Shown: positions 60,274 to 64,000 of the stretch, in pieces | Layout: the number at the start of each line of letters is the position of its first letter | Numbering within the stretch: position 1 is the stretch's first letter | Source of the DNA: Gammaproteobacteria bacterium | GTDB lineage: Bacteria; Pseudomonadota; Gammaproteobacteria; UBA4575 | Assembly: GCA_965222615.1 (NCBI GenBank) | Contig: CBDCUI010000009.1 | Coordinates: 224,001 to 288,000, forward strand | Length of the DNA: 64,000 nt | Direction: 5' to 3' | Position numbers and translations under genes: made by a program | Notes under the pieces: model-generated | What the model saw: the letters and a program-made list of their open reading frames with translations, nothing else | Database searches by the model: none | What the model was told of the DNA's origin: nothing

Positions 60274-61551
60274 ATGTCTAAATTAACAAGAAGACAATTT
60301 TTAAAAGTTTCAGGTAGTGCTTTTGCTGCTACAGGATTAGGTTTTCCTCATATTGCCAGTGCAGCAAAACACCGCGTTGTAGTAATTGGTGGTGGAGTTG
60401 GTGGCTTGGTTGCTGCCAAATACATTGCCAAGGGTGATTCTTCTACTGAAGTGACAGTAGTAGAGCCCAAAGCCCATCACCACACCTGCTTTATGAGTAA
60501 TGAAGTAATCGGCGGTGATCGTGATATCTCGACGATTAAGTTTGGTTACGACAAACTTGCCGACCATGGCATCAAGCTTGTTCAAGATAAGGCCACTGCT
60601 ATAGATGCCGAAGCACATAAGGTAACTACTGCGGATGGTACAACTTTAGAATACGATCGCTTAGTCATGTCCCCAGGAATTGCTCTTAAGTGGGATGCCA
60701 TTGAAGGCTATGATGAAGCCGCATCAGAAATCATGCCACATTCTTGGATTGCAGGAACTCAAACCGCCCTGCTTCGTAAACAACTAGAATCGATGGACGA
60801 TGGTGGCTTAGTCGTATTAGCACCACCAGGTAATCCATTTCGTTGTCCTCCAGGACCATATGAACGTGCCGCACAAATCGCGCATTATTTAAAACACAAC
60901 AAACCAAAATCGAAAATTTTAATCCTTGATGCAAAGGATAAATTCTCTAAACAAGGTTTATTCATGCAAGGCTATAAAGATGTGTATGGCGAAATGATTG
61001 AATGGGTTGCTGGTGCGGATACGGGTGGTGGCGTGAAAAATGTAGATACCAAGGCTATGACGGTAAGTACTGATTTTGATGATCATAAGGTTGCTGTGGC
61101 TAATATCATTCCACCGCAAAAAGCTGCACAAATTGCGCATGATGCGGGCTTAACCGATGATTCCGGTTGGTGTCCTGTGAACTTGGGTACTTTTGAATCC
61201 AAGAAGCACAAAGACATTCATGTCATCGGTGATGCGAGTATTGCAACAGGCATGCCTAAATCAGGTTATGCAGCCAGTACGGAAGCCAAAGTGTGTGCCG
61301 CAGCTGTAGTCAGCTTGCTGAATGGCAAAGAACCCGGCATTGCTTCTTATGCCAATGCCTGCTATAGCTTAATTGCGCCCGACTATGGAATTTCTGTGGT
61401 AGCGGTCTACAAACTTGCTGCAGATGGTTCGGCTATTGAGAAAATTGGCGGTGGCTTGACGCCTGCCGATGCTTCTGCAGAAATGCGCAAGCGCGAAGTG
61501 CAGTATGCATATTCGTGGTTTAATAATATGACCGCCGAAATGTTCGGATAA
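60274..61551 (+). CDS. fccB: Flavocytochrome c sulfide dehydrogenase flavoprotein
   Basis: Tat signal TRRQFLK, GGGVGG, CFMSN, CPPGPYER, MPKSGY, NACYSL. Confidence 0.92.
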   Translation: MSKLTRRQFLKVSGSAFAATGLGFPHIASAAKHRVVVIGGGVGGLVAAKYIAKGDSSTEVTVVEPKAHHHTCFMSNEVIGGDRDISTIKFGYDKLADHGIKLVQDKATAIDAEAHKVTTADGTTLEYDRLVMSPGIALKWDAIEGYDEAASEIMPHSWIAGTQTALLRKQLESMDDGGLVVLAPPGNPFRCPPGPYERAAQIAHYLKHNKPKSKILILDAKDKFSKQGLFMQGYKDVYGEMIEWVAGADTGGGVKNVDTKAMTVSTDFDDHKVAVANIIPPQKAAQIAHDAGLTDDSGWCPVNLGTFESKKHKDIHVIGDASIATGMPKSGYAASTEAKVCAAAVVSLLNGKEPGIASYANACYSLIAPDYGISVVAVYKLAADGSAIEKIGGGLTPADASAEMRKREVQYAYSWFNNMTAEMFG

Positions 61552-61553
61552 TC

Positions 61554-61672
61554 GAACCACTGATTTATCAAGCTACTTTGTTAAAAAATATTCTCGGAAT
61601 ACTCATGTATTTGCATATACATTCCGTTTCCTCGAAATTTTTTGCCTCATATCTTGAGTAAATCAGCGATTC
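61554..61672. repeat. Intergenic MITE/ERIC-like palindromic element (copy 2)
   Basis: Imperfect TIRs GAACCACTGATTTATCAAG / CTTGAGTAAATCAGCGATTC; homologous to 7889-8072. Confidence 0.65.
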
Positions 61673-61698
61673 TTTAAGAATATCTACAGTAACAATAG

Positions 61699-61724
61699 AA
61701 AAGGCTGCTTCGGTAGCTTTTTTT
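61699..61724 (+). terminator. Rho-independent terminator
   Basis: AAGGCTGC-TTCG-GTAGCTTT hairpin plus T-run. Confidence 0.7.
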
Positions 61725-61738
61725 ATTTCTAATTTATT

Positions 61739-62005
61739 ATGGCAAAGAATCGAAATTTAACTGAACTAAAAAACATTGGCGAAAAGCTCGCTCGACGCTT
61801 AAATGAAATTGGAATTTTTTCGGAATCTGATTTGCGTAAAGTAGGCGCAGTAAAAGCACATAAAAAAATTAAGACAAAATACCCAAATGAGACCCTTCCC
61901 GTATGTTATTACTTATACTCGTTTGAAGGTGCGCTTATTGGTAAACATTGGGGTAAATTAAGTAAAAATAAAAAGCAAGAATTGCTTAAGCAAATAGAAA
62001 GATAG
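61739..62005 (+). CDS. TfoX C-terminal domain protein
   Basis: LKNIGEKLARRLNEIGI...LRKVGA...LYSFEGAL...HW. Confidence 0.8.
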   Translation: MAKNRNLTELKNIGEKLARRLNEIGIFSESDLRKVGAVKAHKKIKTKYPNETLPVCYYLYSFEGALIGKHWGKLSKNKKQELLKQIER

Positions 62006-62012
62006 CCATAAT

Positions 62013-62573
62013 TTATAATTTTATTTTTACGGTAAAGGCCCCCCGTATCTCTCCTACCCTGTATCCTGTAGCTAAATCATTTGGATATAATTCTTTAAGT
62101 TTGGTTTCAATCGGTGGCGCAATGCTTTCACCGTGACAGATTAAACAAACTTCTGCTGTTGGAATAGCTTTCATATAACGAAACCATTTCCCGGTTTCAT
62201 CTTTTATTATCTGGTACGTTTGCATATCCTTAATGCTTGCGTCAGATTGTTTTTGCTGTTCAAATTCTTGAAGTATCTCTTGTTCCCAATTATCTGGTGC
62301 ATTTAATGGATTACGAGTTTTTAGAGAGGTACGCCCTATTTGCACCACATGTTTTTGTGAAATCTCGGAGGCGATTTTCGGGGCTTCTATGTTACAGACG
62401 CCTATAGCTTCAACTGGCCCACCAGATTGAAGACTATTTTTTAGTTTGCTTTTAAGTGAATTTGCAAATTCGTGTACTGCATTTTCGCTAGCATTTAGCT
62501 GCTGATCCACATCTTGTGAACATGCTACAGCACATAACACAGGGAAAAAGAGTACTAAAGTTACTTTATTCAA
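62013..62573 (-). CDS. DUF3365 (Tll0287-like) heme-binding lipoprotein
   Basis: GRTSLKTRNPLNAPDNWE, YMKAI, CLICHG, GEIRGAF; start probably TTG at 62573. Confidence 0.8.
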   Translation of the reverse strand: MNKVTLVLFFPVLCAVACSQDVDQQLNASENAVHEFANSLKSKLKNSLQSGGPVEAIGVCNIEAPKIASEISQKHVVQIGRTSLKTRNPLNAPDNWEQEILQEFEQQKQSDASIKDMQTYQIIKDETGKWFRYMKAIPTAEVCLICHGESIAPPIETKLKELYPNDLATGYRVGEIRGAFTVKIKL

Positions 62574-63184
62574 ATAAATAAACAAATATCTGACTTTTGT
62601 GCGGCTGGTAAAAATGATGCTGCACCTACCCAATCCGATACACCATCAATAAAGTCCTCTTTATTATAGCCAAATAAATCTACAGTCATTTGACAAGCGA
62701 CTAGTTTTACATCAGCTTCAATCGCTAACTCGCGTAATTCTTGAATGCTCGCGACACCCTTATTTTTAAGAGTTTGCTTCATCATCGATGTTGCAAACTT
62801 TTCAAACCCCGGGATATTGCTGCTCAGTGCATTAGGAATATTCCATTCCATATTTTGAAACCAGTCTGGCCCAAATGGCATTTTCATCGGCATAGCGGGA
62901 TTTCCAAGTGGAGAAATTTCTAGATCGAGATCTTTTTTAAGTAAATTCAACCCATAAAAAGTAAAAAAGCATGATACTTCCCAGCCCAATGCTGCTGCAG
63001 TCGAGGCAAGAATAAACGGTGGATACGCCATATCCATAGTTCCCTTGGTAGCGATCAAAGATAACTGCGGTATTTTTTGTTCTTCGCGCTCGCGTAATTT
63101 TTGTTCTAGTCTCTCGTCAAACCAACGATTCAGACTTTCCATATCAAGCTGATCTGGGATTTGGGCTTCAATAGTGTCTTGCAT
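62570..63184 (-). CDS. DsrE/DsrF/DrsH-like (DsrE2) sulfur relay protein
   Basis: KGTMDMAYPPFILASTAAALG, FFTFYGL, ACQMTVDLFG; GGAGG RBS before the ATG at 63184. Confidence 0.85.
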   Translation of the reverse strand: MQDTIEAQIPDQLDMESLNRWFDERLEQKLREREEQKIPQLSLIATKGTMDMAYPPFILASTAAALGWEVSCFFTFYGLNLLKKDLDLEISPLGNPAMPMKMPFGPDWFQNMEWNIPNALSSNIPGFEKFATSMMKQTLKNKGVASIQELRELAIEADVKLVACQMTVDLFGYNKEDFIDGVSDWVGAASFLPAAQKSDICLFI

Positions 63185-63618
63185 GGCTTCCTCCAGGAAC
63201 ACCTGAATATAATCATTTGCTAATATACCATACTGTAACAAAATTAACCCATGGATATTTTCCTCAATATTGAAAATATTGGGCAATACTGTCTAACTTA
63301 TTATCATCAGATAAATTTTTATATTTTATTTAAATGAATTTATATAAAATAAATAGTTATGCTATTAGTATAAAGTTATTTATCACAGCTTTGCTGTATC
63401 CATTATAGATGGCACATCCTAGTGCTACACAGCTGCAAGTTACTTCAATTTTACTTGATTACGTTTATTAAAAATTCTCTTACCAAACATAAGCTATTTA
63501 CTACCCTTCATCAGAGGATTAGTATCCCAGCATTCAATAAAACTCTATGTTTAATGAGTGAGTTAGGGTCAAGAATTTGGGCAAAGTTACAAGGTCAAGG
63601 ACTCGATTGGAGGAGCTT

Positions 63619-63694
63619 TGGCGTCCCCAGGGGGATTCGAACCCCCGTTGCCGCCGTGAAAGGGCGATGTCCTAGGCCTCTAGACGATGGGGAC
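63619..63694 (-). tRNA. tRNA-Glu (TTC)
   Basis: 76 nt: GTCCCCATCGTCTAGAGGCCTAGGACATCGCCCTTTCACGGCGG...GGTTCGAATCC...GGGGACGCCA. Confidence 0.97.
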
Positions 63695-63857
63695 GATGCT
63701 TTGTGAATTCTAACCTTATCCGTAACGGTTTCTTCGTCAACAAGGCCGGCGAAACTTACGCTAAGCATGGTTTTGCTGTCAAGTAAATATGAAACTTTAT
63801 TGCTTTAAGCACAAATTTTTTGCATAACTCAATTGAAGATTATAACTAGCTAATCGC

Positions 63858-64000
63858 ATGGATACAGCTGCAACGATTACCAATTTTTGGCCAAAAATAG
63901 AAAGGAAGTTGCCGCGTTTAGTTAATATCTTGCTGCTGTTTCTTATATTGATTACCTTGGCCAAATTACTATGGAACTTTTTTGACACCGGAACTAGTTC
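63858..64000 (+). CDS. N-terminus of a membrane-anchored protein, possibly type II secretion GspC (partial)
   Basis: MDTAATITNFWPKIERKLPRLVNILLLFLILITLAKLLWNFF..., open to the window end. Confidence 0.4.
   Translation, partial: MDTAATITNFWPKIERKLPRLVNILLLFLILITLAKLLWNFFDTGTS

Noticed and set aside
63422-63988. ORFs 63422-63706 (+) and 63797-63988 (-)
   Set aside because: The first overlaps tRNA-Glu. The second is antisense to a more plausible membrane-protein start at 63858.

Overview
AT-rich gammaproteobacterial chromosomal window, probably from a sulfur oxidiser. Positions 1-29.6 kb hold housekeeping and accessory genes: a PAS-GGDEF-EAL protein, a NarXL-like pair, a GcvT-like protein, ribBA, fur, a P450, ExeA-FHA, yadGH, a leucyl aminopeptidase, dusA, fadL and a 2840-aa DUF11/OmpA surface protein. 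Positions 49-63.7 kb hold a sulfur-oxidation cluster (soxYZ, YeeE, TauE, fccAB, DsrE-like, Met-rich cytochromes) and tRNA-Glu. The centre (29.65-48.73 kb) is a mobile-DNA hotspot arranged as a mirror image around a XerCD dif site at 37038-37065. A complete Tn7-like transposon (tnsA, tnsB, tnsC, tniQ; 37110-48733; 5-bp TSD ACATG) starts 44 bp to the right of dif. The equivalent end of a related, diverged and truncated element lies 45 bp to the left in the opposite orientation. This suggests a dif-targeting Tn7-like family. Cargo in both elements is divided by five 24-bp inverted-arm sites. One site is empty in the left element and filled in the right element by a tyrosine recombinase + AAA ATPase + S8 protease module. 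The cargo also has an array of TGTCCGC...GCGGACA palindromes that separate single small genes, and every palindrome has been hit by an IS110/IS1111 or IS30 element. The IS110 non-coding ends carry guide-like matches to those palindromes. All calls come from reading the sequence; no database searches were run.
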